DNA of 64,000 nucleotides from Pirellula sp. (GTDB taxonomy: Bacteria > Planctomycetota > Planctomycetia > Pirellulales > Pirellulaceae). The stretch is taken from positions 6,433 to 70,432 of the forward strand of contig JAIPFP010000002.1 of assembly GCA_021736575.1 (NCBI GenBank), written 5' to 3'. The position numbers and the translations under genes are program-made. Under the pieces are notes generated by a model. It saw only the letters and a list, made by a program, of their open reading frames with translations. It did not search any database and was not told the origin of the DNA. Shown in pieces: positions 14,101 to 21,000 of the stretch; position 1 is the first letter of the stretch, and each line of letters begins with the position of its first letter.

Positions 14101-17100
14101 TGTTCCCGATGAGTTGGTCTCCAGGACTGAATTCGAAACGCGAGCGGTAGACTGATGGATTTCGATCGCATTGAAGGATGCGAAACCGCCAGGTACTCGG
14201 GAGTTGCCACCGCCAAACGTTATCAACGCGTTGTCGATACTGAGTTCGCCCAAATGACGCGACACAATACCGGCCCAGTTACCGGCTGTAGGGGTTCCGA
14301 ACCCATCATTGTTGGTATCAAAGTTTCCACCAGCTCCGTAGCGATCGTCGAGTCTCGATGTAAAGACAATCGGCTTCGACTCCGTTCCCTCAGCCAACAT
14401 GGTTGCACTGATGCCAACTTCGATCCGTCCACCTAAGCTCTTGATAACAACACCCGGATCGACGACTAAACTCGCATCGCGACGCGCTCGCTGCACGCTC
14501 GTTAGGCCTTGCGTTTGCAATTGGCCGCTAAGTGTAAACCCGTTGTCGACGAAGGTTACATCATCTCGATTCTGGACCGCTGCTAACCGGAACGGTCCTG
14601 AATTGTTTTCTTGACGCCAGATTTTACGCGACACATAGTCAAGCGTAGCGGGCGCCAGATTCGTCAATCGAACCGACTGCCCTGCGACCGTAACGGTCGA
14701 TCTTTGCGGGCTTGGCAAACTCTCTTGCCCAAATCGATCCATATAGGTGACGAGATAGTTCACGGCAACCGAAGCAGCGAAACCCGATCCAGCCGTCGGA
14801 GGGACAATGCTCATCGAGATAAGGGACGAGTCCGGCAACGCCAGTTCTCGACCGGAACCTCCCGGTGTCCCCTCTATGATCAAATTTTCTCCAAGAACGA
14901 TCGTGATTTCAGAATCATTCATGCGACCAGGTACGCTCAGCGGCTTCAGATTTTGGCCTGCCAGCGTGTCGATTCGAACGAACAGTCCATTTATCGAATT
15001 GTTAAGCAACGAATTGGAGCGGATGTCCGGTCCGATTCGGGAGTAGTCAGGGATAAAGGAACCAACGTTTTGATAGCGTGATTCGGTGAACAATGTTTCT
15101 TCGAAACTGTTCGGATCGGCTGTGATGGCCGCATCCGCGCTACGCGAAATGACATTGTTTAATATAAACGGCCTGACTTCCGTCAAATCGATCGGGCTAA
15201 CAACTTTGGAAAGTGCGCCCACACCGACTTGCCCACCACCCCATCGCATGTCCGCGTTGGAGATGGTATTTAGGAAAATACCATCTCGCTCACGATCGAC
15301 GCGACCTTGCGATCGGTCGAAATCGTTTCGGATTTCGATGCCGCCCCAATTGCCGGCTGCGGGATTGGTCAACAATGGGTTGGTGTCACGTCCCAACGAT
15401 TCATCGTCATAACTGGTGAAATAGACTGGGCGATTTGGCAATCCCAGGACTTGAATCGCGGCGTTGCTACGATTGGTTGTACTGTCATTGCTACCTACAA
15501 GAATTTTGCTTCCGCCAAATTTCAGTATCGCACCCGCGTCGATCATCAACGTAACGCCGCGCGGCACATCGAGGGTTGCTCCGTCGGAAAGCGATCCGCC
15601 AGAAGCACCACCGGTTCCAATTTCGTATGCTGCATCATCGAGAAGGCTAGTGGTCCTCGTGTCGCCAACCAATCGGATGATGTCACCCGGACGCGAGGCT
15701 GCAGCCGCAGCGTCGATTCGATTGAACGGATTTGTCAATGAACCATCTCGCGTCGTACCTGTAAAAGCCTTGTCGACGAATAGAGTCCGAACCGGTGGGT
15801 TACCTGCTACGGTATAGGGTGTTGCGGCTCGGAACCAAAAATCAAAATTGCCGCCTGCAATACCGTCTCCATCACCGTCCAGCGCGCTTCCTTTGGCTGT
15901 CGATCCCCGAACCTCTTCCGAAATCTGGTTGGCAACGTTACTCTTAAAATCAAGTCGCAATTGATAGAGCCCTTGGCTCACCGCTCCGCTTCCTGAGTTG
16001 AGGGTCAAGGGATTGTTATCTTCGTTGCCACTGGCGGTAACCGACAAGTAGTATTCACCTGGAACGAGGTCGGCTCGCACCAGCGAGTCGTCGCTGAAGT
16101 AGTTGTCGTTTGCGGCAACCGTCTCAAGCGTTCCGTCGGCATTCTTTCGAAACAACGTCAAGTGCGTATCCAAGTTGCTTGAATAGTTCAGTCGTTCGGC
16201 AATCGTTTCCGCTCTCAATTGCCCTTGAGCACCGGGTGCAACCACAAACTTGTAAAGGTCGACATCGCGATTATCGGGACGGAAAAGATGCTGTCCGTGA
16301 ACAACATCATTGTTTCCTGGATAGATTTGCTCGAGCCCAGTTGCTCGTCGGGCAGCAAGATCATTCCGCATGATCGTACCGATCGGTAGATCGAACGCAT
16401 TATCCAGCCCAAGCGATTGACCGATTTCATGCATGGCGGTCTTAAAGAAACTCTCCGTCCCTGGAATATTGGACCCGTTGCCGAACCCATTGTCCCATGC
16501 TTCCGAACCGTCCAAAATCACTAAACTTAGAGCAGGCACGGCTCCGATTGGAGCCCTGTTAATGGAGCTGATAATGTCGCCGGGACCGCTAATGCGCCCG
16601 TTCGGCGTCATATCACCAACCACAATTCTTTTGGTCGCGGGGTCGACGCCAGCGGCCGCGAGCGACCCAAGTTGCTCGACGAAATCGACGCCAAGTTGAG
16701 CCGAATACAACTCCAAGACTTCTCGCACTCTTTGCTTTTGGTCAGGCGTGATCGAAGTAAAAAGCGGCCTTCCCGCCGAGTCAATTCCGTAGGACTCGGT
16801 CTCCATAAAACTATAAAAAATCGTCGTGATGCCGTTGACGGTGTCGGCACCGCCCGCCAAGTGACTAATGTCTTGGATCTCGCGATGCCCCGGCTCAAAA
16901 TCGGAGCCTGGGAAATCGGCCAGCAATGGGTTGCTGACGGTACGAATCTCTTGATTGATCAGGGTCGAGAATGTTCCCGAAATGGTCCCAAGGTCGGCTT
17001 GCCCAGTGACTCCAGTCAAGAATCCGGCTGGATCCGTCGGCGGCGAGATCGAGTTGACGCTGAGCGGATTGGCTGCCGATGCAACCGCCTCGTTCGAACC

Positions 17101-17973
17101 AACTCTCAATCGAAATGTTCCTGCTCCACCAGCGATTTGATCGATATCGGTCGCAAAGCTGAGCGTTGCCCTTTTTGCGACTGGGTCGAATGTAATCGAC
17201 TGAGGGTTCGTCACGACATCATCATTTGGACTAACGGTGTCCTTAGTCAGTATCAGCGAGTAAAACGCAGGATCGACCACGGTTGGGTTGGGCGCAGCGC
17301 CCGTCGTGATGGATGCATTAGGGAACTGGCTATCGTAGAACAGCTCGTTATCGTTGAAGTAGATCTCGATATCTTTGTTTCGCTGCGTCAAGGCACCATT
17401 GCTCGCGCGGTCGATGGGTTGTGGGACAACCGCGATGATTTTGGTGCCGAGCTCCAAATTGAAGTCATACGTATCGCGATCCGTCTTGTCGCGTCGCGGT
17501 TGCAAAGTGAGTCCCTGCAAATCCTTAATGGCACCGGGCACTGTCAAACCCAACACTTCAATCCGATACAAATCGTCAGGAAGAGGTTGCGAAAAACGTG
17601 CAACAACGATGAGGTTGCTTTCCCCAAAATTTTGAAACGCAGGCTGAACCGTTACGTCCGCCAATGGTGAAGCTGTTCCAAAACTGGCATCCCCACCAGC
17701 ACGCGTAATCCGGATACCACTCCCAATCGTCGTTGCATCTAACGCTTCACTGAACCGAAATACCAATTCGCGAGGCGATTCAAGCAGACTGTTTGCCCGT
17801 GTTGTCGAAAGAATCTCTCCCGAATTTGAGGCAACAGAAAGGAGTCGCGGCGAATCCGCAGCCATCAGGTCTCGTCGTTCGAGATTCTCGCAGATCAGTG
17901 TGCGAAATTCCTTCCTACGCGACTTCACCGAGGACCGAGAGCGGTTGGCAGATTTGGATGCGTCAATTCCCAT
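1..17973 (-). CDS. Giant secreted mosaic repeat protein, paralog B (start at 17973; 3' end beyond the left window edge; >=5991 codons visible)
   Basis: Not in the ORF track (edge-truncated). ATG is at 17973-17971. Manual translation gives MGIDASKSANRSRSSVKSRRKEFRTLICENLERRDLMAADSPRLLSV..., collinear with the N-terminus of the 18083..36553 protein. I translated scattered segments (17973-16081, 15840-15661, 14100-13981, 13221-13141, 11340-11041, 10860-10561, 10140-10021, 9204-9000, 8520-8341, 8094-8001, 7494-7300, 7200-7141, 6870-6720, 6320-6240, 5700-5530, 5400-5150, 3090-3040, 60-1). All are in one frame, have no stops and show sensible motifs. Every >=60-aa minus-strand ORF listed by the track in 1-18000 lies in a single other frame. 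Confidence 0.9.
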   Translation of the reverse strand, partial: MGIDASKSANRSRSSVKSRRKEFRTLICENLERRDLMAADSPRLLSVASNSGEILSTTRANSLLESPRELVFRFSEALDATTIGSGIRITRAGGDASFGTASPLADVTVQPAFQNFGESNLIVVARFSQPLPDDLYRIEVLGLTVPGAIKDLQGLTLQPRRDKTDRDTYDFNLELGTKIIAVVPQPIDRASNGALTQRNKDIEIYFNDNELFYDSQFPNASITTGAAPNPTVVDPAFYSLILTKDTVSPNDDVVTNPQSITFDPVAKRATLSFATDIDQIAGGAGTFRLRVGSNEAVASAANPLSVNSISPPTDPAGFLTGVTGQADLGTISGTFSTLINQEIRTVSNPLLADFPGSDFEPGHREIQDISHLAGGADTVNGITTIFYSFMETESYGIDSAGRPLFTSITPDQKQRVREVLELYSAQLGVDFVEQLGSLAAAGVDPATKRIVVGDMTPNGRISGPGDIISSINRAPIGAVPALSLVILDGSEAWDNGFGNGSNIPGTESFFKTAMHEIGQSLGLDNAFDLPIGTIMRNDLAARRATGLEQIYPGNNDVVHGQHLFRPDNRDVDLYKFVVAPGAQGQLRAETIAERLNYSSNLDTHLTLFRKNADGTLETVAANDNYFSDDSLVRADLVPGEYYLSVTASGNEDNNPLTLNSGSGAVSQGLYQLRLDFKSNVANQISEEVRGSTAKGSALDGDGDGIAGGNFDFWFRAATPYTVAGNPPVRTLFVDKAFTGTTRDGSLTNPFNRIDAAAAASRPGDIIRLVGDTRTTSLLDDAAYEIGTGGASGGSLSDGATLDVPRGVTLMIDAGAILKFGGSKILVGSNDSTTNRSNAAIQVLGLPNRPVYFTSYDDESLGRDTNPLLTNPAAGNWGGIEIRNDFDRSQGRVDRERDGIFLNTISNADMRWGGGQVGVGALSKVVSPIDLTEVRPFILNNVISRSADAAITADPNSFEETLFTESRYQNVGSFIPDYSRIGPDIRSNSLLNNSINGLFVRIDTLAGQNLKPLSVPGRMNDSEITIVLGENLIIEGTPGGSGRELALPDSSLISMSIVPPTAGSGFAASVAVNYLVTYMDRFGQESLPSPQRSTVTVAGQSVRLTNLAPATLDYVSRKIWRQENNSGPFRLAAVQNRDDVTFVDNGFTLSGQLQTQGLTSVQRARRDASLVVDPGVVIKSLGGRIEVGISATMLAEGTESKPIVFTSRLDDRYGAGGNFDTNNDGFGTPTAGNWAGIVSRHLGELSIDNALITFGGGNSRVPGGFASFNAIEIHQSTARVSNSVLETNSSGTTNRGTTNRDSRGVNDAAAIFIVGSQPVLLNNVIRNNSVRDASTANFVNDTAAISIDGNSLNSESVRDFGRQTGTNQRENVGIGNFGPLINNNQLGGNALNGMRVRGATLTTEGVWDDTDIVHMLQSEIVVVDFHTYGGLRLTSKSDESLVIKLLGNTAGFTATGRPLDIKDRIGGSLQVLGSPGFPVVLTSLNDDSIGAGFDFSGKSLLDTNGNGNATSAAPGNWRSLLFDPFSNDRNVDASYEREPDQIASQGFNDFPSNAQDLGSLATSLSGGDENLRLGMTITGSIASPSDIDIYRFTGTAGSMVWFDVDQTSGSLDSVIELVDGNGQIIALSNNSIDESTAGSVYSDTNLVSTIRAWPMDQSAFTRRNSANQTPVDFLGVNPLDAGFRAVLPGVAGSVNNYFVRVRSSNVTPAITNSGAAASLARLLDVAAVRQGITVGEYKLQLRLQQTDEVAGSTVRFADIRFAANGIDAKGQPLHSQLVGEAGEPDPTERSNVYNSANPILLGNIFNTDRAGISVAGRLAPDPNNPTSLVTGDNIDYFDFQVFRDSVEQPNEVSDATRWHQSVVFDLDYADGFGRPNTQLWIYQKVGNNLTLVATGDDSNIQDDQPAPLLGSNLTDLTRGSNGRRDAYVGPFELPQGNYVVAVSNRAISDSSLDAYTVVGGSTTTSVRLEPLESVRRISEDRFDTGNPGRPTTTAVPVMQAFGGLGAAMSPAVPNTDPTALPNAVPFNLSDVTFFVATSAGGQSRMQYANALTGAKEAEASNDGVNPINLNNNSRTVNDIAVSPGGRAFGTRSPDAGAITDANSGSMFGIDIGDASDAIGAGVGPGLTTFGLYPVPGGTPVVRQSQIGTTAVGDGYVFTALTYTNIDPDAGNNPASAAFYGVGSRRGDGSFNETPINTPITRNVIYRLNPLTGAVIDFQNGLQSKTANDGNRLFGAGGSQWEFGYFDAATGLITGFASINSQFFGVSNQGELVTPSFIGAPGTGTVVTTIRDPQTNAAINFTGMTAGPRNVEGGRYANLLFGITAAGRIYAFNPFASPTLGPAGTLQPIFPRGERFVQGTGLGNIAGIDFSSLDVNLWHASDRENGTAGHGRPADFNNSRDTFNGNRSAKFGFADPNSPNKQPGIWSGIYNTYVSNAAGDNVAAAGGAMGALESDLIDLRSYSADDQPMLYFNYTLPTQNSAANNDGTALGDNRPALDTFRVYGAGESGNWVLLGTNNSIDNRSYTDMAGQDEFDISISQNQDAFGRTRISSEVFDNAGWRQARINMGALAGQRDVRIRFEFNTGGDFRTGDPLRGGQELVAIPGDRLTDGNTFVVAGTTFEFDLGLVMQLPSGASVVDGDQISINGTLYTFKLTGAPAAREIGFASNFTPTQLANSVRTALTLDGRTVATSTQSPDILNVSGLPAAGTYSILGADPAIIIGRPGVVAGRTAVPVTNAMTAIQVRDSIVVSLAGALNVAGQTANTSVYRTRGNVILLHGTGMIVTNPGPLGATTARAGDDFTEGGFFGAGLRTQSNKAGSVHIDDIVIGFAERGEKVIGATPSAAPTFNPTGGYQLTGGSAVPGEPIDEIEGGTYQLEIREAADYGTTAGTALRLDSFPPPPLGRTYDTNDRLTKSSRLIFNAPSAIADGATFKLSDGVNTATFEFDVATSAADRAAGTTPGNVPITILPSETREQIARKIRDAINSTAAQAVIKITASTNGDMKVGTADRPANGRAIAIDLHGPVANDELGNASSALFSAGGVPLTLVSFGSESAFGEDLGDANIRRDQGQFIVSSNSISRSSGFGLNIDAAPQSQTQIAANTGNRPYPGVVRNLVTLNSSNVAPGVVVMNNVLSGNLAGGINISGDTGGTTATGIPPQTVARVINNTLYGRRGDIGINVTEGASPSLLNNIIANFGTGINVVGAPSLGGTILGANLYQSNATTVTPASVGSSESFPILLAAGDPLFVDGPNGRFYLRALSQAIDSSFSSLENRANIEEVKNAIGLPTSPILAPAFDVNGLRRSDDPAVSPPFGLGQNVFIDRGATDRVDFVGPIAVLQRPLDNDSNQLDTDPFNTYVRLRTGNYDFFEILLDERTGTGTDPNTITADSLILTENGRPLVQGVDYIFGFSANSRTIRLTPLAGFWRRDSIYEMTLINKPTLRVDPTSGATILDGARVMVNASNGAQAVLEFDSGFKLTVPQTLTFKVPAAGSASAGITDGQTFQISNGALNVTFEFDTNNLVTAGNRPIAIIADQTATQVRDAIVAALRSATNADLNLGVKGYGTDLIHLGTLAVHNASVGTSRLTRQGVASGVADGQTFMFDPANGPAITLEFNLTGDTAFGAGNRLITFDRTDTYIDLAGKIAAVMATVVPKGFAPVEDLKDGTVQIGGQVGDLLTVTGSQLGVIGTPGVTGSFELAVPAAGGTAIADATRFSIRNAAGQTVVFEFDKDGTITPGNRGISIRNTDTADQIAVAISTSIAGSGLGITPTTTTRFIRLNEPRGSIVNVLTSGLLLTGVSGGAISVPFVSSFNNNSVSAQLVKAFSSIGLGVNAYALGYGTFIVEGVTSITGVATTSIGPVSDLAGNWLLPNRVNSLTQFTILMPEVSVDYGDAMERPNTGSTSNTLLVNNGVRHGLYPTGVPVLALGQFADGDVDGMPSTSADGDDFSSSFAFTAGMPLTLSPKGPAQLSVSAPAPAMLGTRVTISDTVNRTVTYQFWDSSVPASAVPTGIVGVDLNLVTTANGAAAALQSEIFKSILAGTITKIYAIVNGNVVSLGGTFGHTFDLSQSGGFVQRVPKGSIGLSVNPTLTGLAAGQVLTIQDGSGNSVTFQIIDQAVQSALIAGNVPLVINFATATQASFAADVAKAINGEIQKGTLALPTATVVGGTVNVNADDEDGVRFDGLFNPLIPPVPVVITSTDTGFIDAWVDWNQDNDFEDAGEKILSSEPVNAGENTFLISTPLNATVGYTTARFRLSATGGLFTYGLAIGGEVEDHVIEVLAGIPPVAVNDPDPSKAALYRVDEDNVLLVTAANGVLTNDLDADNPPVAPSTTPPLVSVFDEDPFASGIQPLTSTQNGTLVLLADGSFTYTPAPNFFGTDTFVYRVTDRRLLGNQPATVTITVNPVNDVPFANDDSQTIDEDIVQSWPGALFTGNDIKGITLPLPGSAIPNENPQALIVKSAQLVDASGNPRAAGIGELLPAVVGNTVSYTPGSNYNQDIAGRVFIRLEIEDNGVTGFSQTLDPKTAFSTLTVNIRPVNDRPLFDFPLTQTVSLLEDPVPAGQDVVVPNFVSNVSAGPILIPGLVGSADDELLGSTLPTPIVPAQTVRFILNTLAPFTSAFETLPSIGTMGSSRDLTFKLKPDVNRLDYVTATNPSGSLFVEVIAEDNGPQGGLNLFRTVVQTITINIDPINDNPVVTNDSETIDEDIVQSWPGIRFTANDVPGPGNESVLSPDPRAQLLIVKSAQLIDSTGAVRLPRIGEMLPTVSGNVVNYTPGSNYNQDIAGPVLIRLEIEDNGVSGFPPVVTPKSSFSTLTVNIRPVNDRPLFDFPLTQTVSLLEDPVPAGQDVVVPNFVSNVSAGPILIPGLVGSADDELLGSMLPTPAVPAQTVRFILNTPAPYNTAFATLPSIGATGSSRDLTFKLKPEVNRLDYVTATNPNGSLFVEVIAQDSGPQGGLNLFETVVQTITINIDPVNDNPVVANDTETINEDIPQSWAGVRFTANDLPGPGNESGQTLIVKSAQLIDSTGAVRAPRSGELLPPVTGNIVNYTPGTHYNNQFTEGPVFILLEIQDNGMSGFPTSSDPKSSFSTLTVNINPVNDRPLFTLPVTNIGLLEDPTPADQVYTNFVTEIAAGPTGADDELGNVPGVTGQGLRFLVRALNPASFTTQPRVVGTGSSRDFTFRLAPDVNALNSGPIVVEVYLEDLGPQGGINQFQSPKQFITINVVPVNDPPEFTLSTSTFSTTEDAPRTIIPGFMSAPTPGPVTAVDEINQNLTTTIVAANPAYFSFQPRLTGAGDLEFQLAPDVNSLFSGSLDILITVVDDGLPTAASTTKTLTITAADINDQPTFVLNSTNIVAREDEEFLSGTTLTEVPGFASNLLPGPITALDEFGSFAPTTPAQVLTFVNISVSNPTLFSQLPTIDGTGKLSFKTAPDRNGSAVVVVRLSDNGRAGPPPNNSLGRTATFTITLNAINDAPEFTIPASTTVNEDQGVISLPGFATGIRPGPGTAIDENTQVLTFDVRAENPSAFLVQPTLQSDGTLIFQTAKDVNNNTVGIQRRVFVSLRDNGLGTPSPNVNMSAEQVFTVNINPVNDPPIPDALTLQGVENGFVDATEAVVLAGDVAGPADEVAAGQRVRITQVERTTDNGGIVTPVFIGDRIVSFRYQTPLNFSGNDLIRYVVSDNGLPQQSATGTITITVGPINNPPQFIPGSDVTVLEDTTSYSANWATGILPGPPSALDELATQTILRFETPTDNDALFSVLPSVSTTGVLTFSLAKDAVGRAIVDVTAVDSGASNPPNQNRSITSKLTIVANPVNDAPGFIVIGDVSVAEDSNRYSAPAIRNIVPAAGMNSTPPTGLDEAGQSVSIFTSNNNPSLFSVQPTISGTGVLEFVPAQDAFGTAIVSVFARDNGSSTSPNVNQSTPQLITVVIRPANDAPVAVNDSYATGEDIVLTVSAPGVLTNDRDVDLPNDALSVSTFQATSSLGAIVTMLPN
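2612..4800. repeat. Tandem ~830-849 bp coding repeat (about 2.6 units; each unit is two cadherin-like domains) within gene B
   Basis: 3300-3550 versus 4149-4400 are ~95 percent identical by eye (offset 849). The rest of each unit is much more diverged. A third, more diverged unit starts near 2612. The track's antisense ORFs 3001..3300/3850..4149 and 3442..3693/4291.. mirror the repeat. Confidence 0.85.
5150..6320 (-). other. GEVED-type domain of gene B, apparently split by a ~0.7 kb insertion
   Basis: The ends were translated: MPEVSVDYGDAMERPNTGS...NNGV (6320-6240) and FIDAWVDWNQDND...ARFRLSATGGLFTYGLAIGGEVEDHVI (5400-5150). The distance between them is about twice that in gene A, and the FEF copy at 5530-5700 lies inside. 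The middle is only partly translated. Confidence 0.5.
5530..10140 (-). repeat. Region of gene B with dispersed copies of the same FEF module (6 copies verified by translation)
   Basis: Translated: VVAGTTFEFDLG..VVDGDQISINGTLYTFK (10140-10021); IADGATFKLSDGVNTATFEFD..GNVPITI..REQIARKIRDAIN (9204-9000); ITDGQTFQISNGALNVTFEFD..GNRPIAI..QVRDAIVAAL (7494-7300); VADGQTFMFDPANGPAITL (7200-7141); IADATRFSIRNAAGQTVVFEFD..GNRGISI (6870-6720); LTIQDGSGNSVTFQI..GNVPLVINF..ADVAKAING (5700-5530). Confidence 0.7.
13700..15780 (-). other. Parallel beta-helix (PbH1-like) block of gene B
   Basis: Translated FVDKAFTGTTRDGSLTNPFNRIDAAAAASRPGDIIRLVGD (15780-15661) and IVGSQPVLLNNVIRNNSVRD (14040-13981). Both are collinear with the gene A beta-helix region. 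The extent is approximate and mostly not translated. Confidence 0.5.
16380..16900 (-). other. Serralysin/matrixin (M10)-like domain of gene B with a partly degenerate zinc-binding motif
   Basis: Manual translation: ...QKQRVREVLELYSAQLGVDFVEQ... then FFKTAMHEIGQSLGLDNAFD (HEIGQSLGLDN at 16431-16399). H-E is kept, the second His is Gln, and the third ligand position is D-N. Confidence 0.55.
17860..17892 (-). other. N-terminal LExRxLxA-type motif of gene B (CENLERRDLMA)
   Basis: Manual translation, residues 28-38 after a basic stretch (NRSRSSVKSRRKEFR). Same position as in gene A. Confidence 0.6.
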
Positions 17974-18082
17974 GTTGGATAAACCTTGGAGACTTTGCAG
18001 ACTTAAAAATGAAAATGGGGTTGATTTAGAATTAATTGGAGCGGGCACCTCTGTCGAGATGCCACTCCGTATTAGTTTGGAT

Positions 18083-21000
18083 CTATTGGCCAAAGACTTC
18101 CGCAAAGAACGAATCTAACGATTCGTGGTCTTCTTTGGAGCTCTTGGCAGTTGAAAGTACAGCCAGTTGTTCGGCCTCGTCTTCGGCGTCATTTCCAAAG
18201 CTTGAGAGGTATTCTCCTAGGCTCGCGCCTTGTGCGGCGATCGCATCCTGTCGTGCCGGTTGTACCGCGTTTTCCATCCGATTACGGGATGGTACGTCCA
18301 CCATAGTTGTACCAGTATTGGGCGTATTTCGCATGACATCCGTGCTCCAAGTCATCGGAGCCCCTAGGTTCCCGCTAACATACGAAACACTCGATCCATC
18401 GCCCTCTCCCTCGCCTCCAGCACTGCCACCACTAGAACGACGGTTGATATAGTTGATAACTTCAAGCACATCCAACGGACTGATGAAATAGTCGCCGTTC
18501 ACGTCCCGATAGGGCGGTGGATCAGGCAGACCAACGATGGAAACAGACGGTTCACCCCGGAAATTCAGGAAATTGATGATCAGCAACACATCGATCGGCG
18601 AAATAAAACCGTCCGCATCCACATCCAACTTCTGAATCGGATTTTGATGCTTCGATGCAGGTGGAGTGGTAATTGTAATCTTAACGGTCGCCTCATTGCT
18701 CACTGCACCTAGCGAATCCACCGCTTGGTATTTGAACGTATCGACCGCACCCACAAGTGTGTTCGAATTTGGAATGTAACTGAAAGTCCCATCCAAGTTG
18801 AGGGTCAATTGGCCCAAAGTCGGTGCGCGAGTCACACGGGCTGTAAACGTGTTCCCCTCAATGTCCCGATCGTTCGCCAAGACGCCGTCGTCATAGATTG
18901 ACGGTGTCGCAGTACCGCGGGCATCGGTGGTTCGCAACTCGACTCCCTGCGGAGTGAGATAGAACAAGTCGTCTACAGCGCGAGGCGCATCGTTCACAGG
19001 CGAAACCGAAATGTCGAAGCTATCTTCGATGGCATTGCCCGCCTTGTCGACCGCACGTACTGTAATCGTCGCGACTCCAGAAGCATCCGGAACCAAAACG
19101 AGCCTCAACGATCCGTTGACAATCGACGCAGTCACCACATCCGTATTCGAATTGGTCACGGTGAAGGTCAACACATCCCCATTGAGGATCACGTCCGGGT
19201 CGTAGAAGTAAGTCGGTGACAAAACCGTGTCAGGAATGATGGCATCCTCTGCAACACTCAGATTTGGCAACGGTGCAACCAATCGCGGACTGTCGCCAAC
19301 CGGTGCAACGATCAACGTCATCGTATTGGTAACTGTGTTCCCGGCTCGGTCGGTTGCTTCGAAAACAATAATGGCTGTACCGTTTTGGTCGGGCTTGGGC
19401 CGGACGAAGATGTCGTTGGCACCAAACGTCGGTTCAACCAGCGAGCTATTGCTGTTGCTGACAACTTTGTAAGTGAGCTTGTCATCATTAGGAATCACAT
19501 CCGGATCAAAGAAATAATTCGCTAGCGGGAAGGCGCGTTCGGGGTCATCCTCTAACATGTTGACAGTACCAAACTGTGCAACAACACGTGGAGCGTCATC
19601 GACCGCTGTAACCGTAACCGTAACTGTGCCCCGCGATGTCAGCGGATCGGATATACCCTGGCTCGTTCCATTGTCGGTAACAAAGTAAAAGAACCGATCG
19701 ACTCCGTTGAAATCGGGAGCGGGACGATAGGTTACATTACCGTTCGCAAACGAAACCGTTCCGCCAAACTCGCTGGTAGCGACCACACCCGAGAATGTGA
19801 GTGTTTGTGCGTTGGGTCCAGTGATTTCCGATGGTGGTCCGGCAACATCCCCCGCAAGAAAGAACGAGCTCGGCTTCGTATCCGTTCCATCCTCGATCAT
19901 CGTGAATGACTTCGGAGTCGTAATCGGTGCATCATTCTTGTCTCGCACGGTGACCGTGACGGTACGTGTCACGCTTAACGGATCCGCTAGATCACCTGTC
20001 ACTCCATTGTCGGTCAACGTGAATGCGAACGTATCGACGCCACTAAAATCGGCCCGTGGCGTATAGATCACACCTCCGTTCAAAAGGCTCACACTGCCAC
20101 CCTGGCCAGTGACATTGTTAGGCAATGAAACCCGCAGCGTCTGTTCGAACTCGTTGGCTGGCCCCGCCAAAGCTTGGCTCAACGTGACAATGTTCGGTTG
20201 GGTCAGGATCAACGGCACATCTTCATCCGTGTCGCGGGAGAAGTTCGATGCCGTTGGCACGTCGTTCACTGGTCGAATGGTGATGGTGACGGTTGTCGGA
20301 ACCAGCGATTCCAAAATTTCATTCTCGTTCACATCAAGATTGACGTAATTCAGATAAACAAATGTGTCCGTGCCAAAGTAGTCCGCCGTTGGCTGGTAGC
20401 TAAATGTCCCATCCGAGTTGAATACAAAGGAATTGCCAGACACATGTTGTGGAGGGGTCAAGAGTCTCGCAAATAGCGCCCGTCCATCCGGACTGGTATC
20501 GTTAGCCAGCACGCCGTCGTCGACCACAAATCCCGGAGTCGCTTGGCCCGTCGGATCCGACGTAACAAGTCCGCCTACCTGATCCTCATTCATGGCATAG
20601 GCATCCGACACGCCGATGGGTGGAACACCGGGCACTACCCGAACTAAGTAATCCTCAACTTCCCCATCCAAAGCTAAACCGGTAGGCAAGAGTTCGCCTG
20701 CGGAGGAAGTCCTGAACCGAGCGAACGAATTGGTGCTAACTGCCGGTACTGGCGAGGTGGTTGGAACCCGGATGCTGAACGTCTGCGTTAGCGACGAGGG
20801 ATCGAAAATAACTCCATTCAAGACATTCTCGCCTGGATCGGTCCAGTCCCCGTCTGCATTGAAGTCGATCCATCCATCTACAATACCGGGTGCCGACAAG
20901 GTCACCGTTACAAGTGTGTCGACATTGCGATTGAAAAGAGGTTTGTCCAGTCCTTGGAACTTGAATGTAACCCCATCGTCTCCACTGTCGCCATCGGCCT

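Noticed and set aside
18440-18635. Reading the dockerin as evidence for a cellulosome.
   Set aside because: No cohesin, glycoside hydrolase or CBM of cellulosomal type is visible. Dockerin-like repeats occur widely in non-cellulolytic Planctomycete surface proteins.
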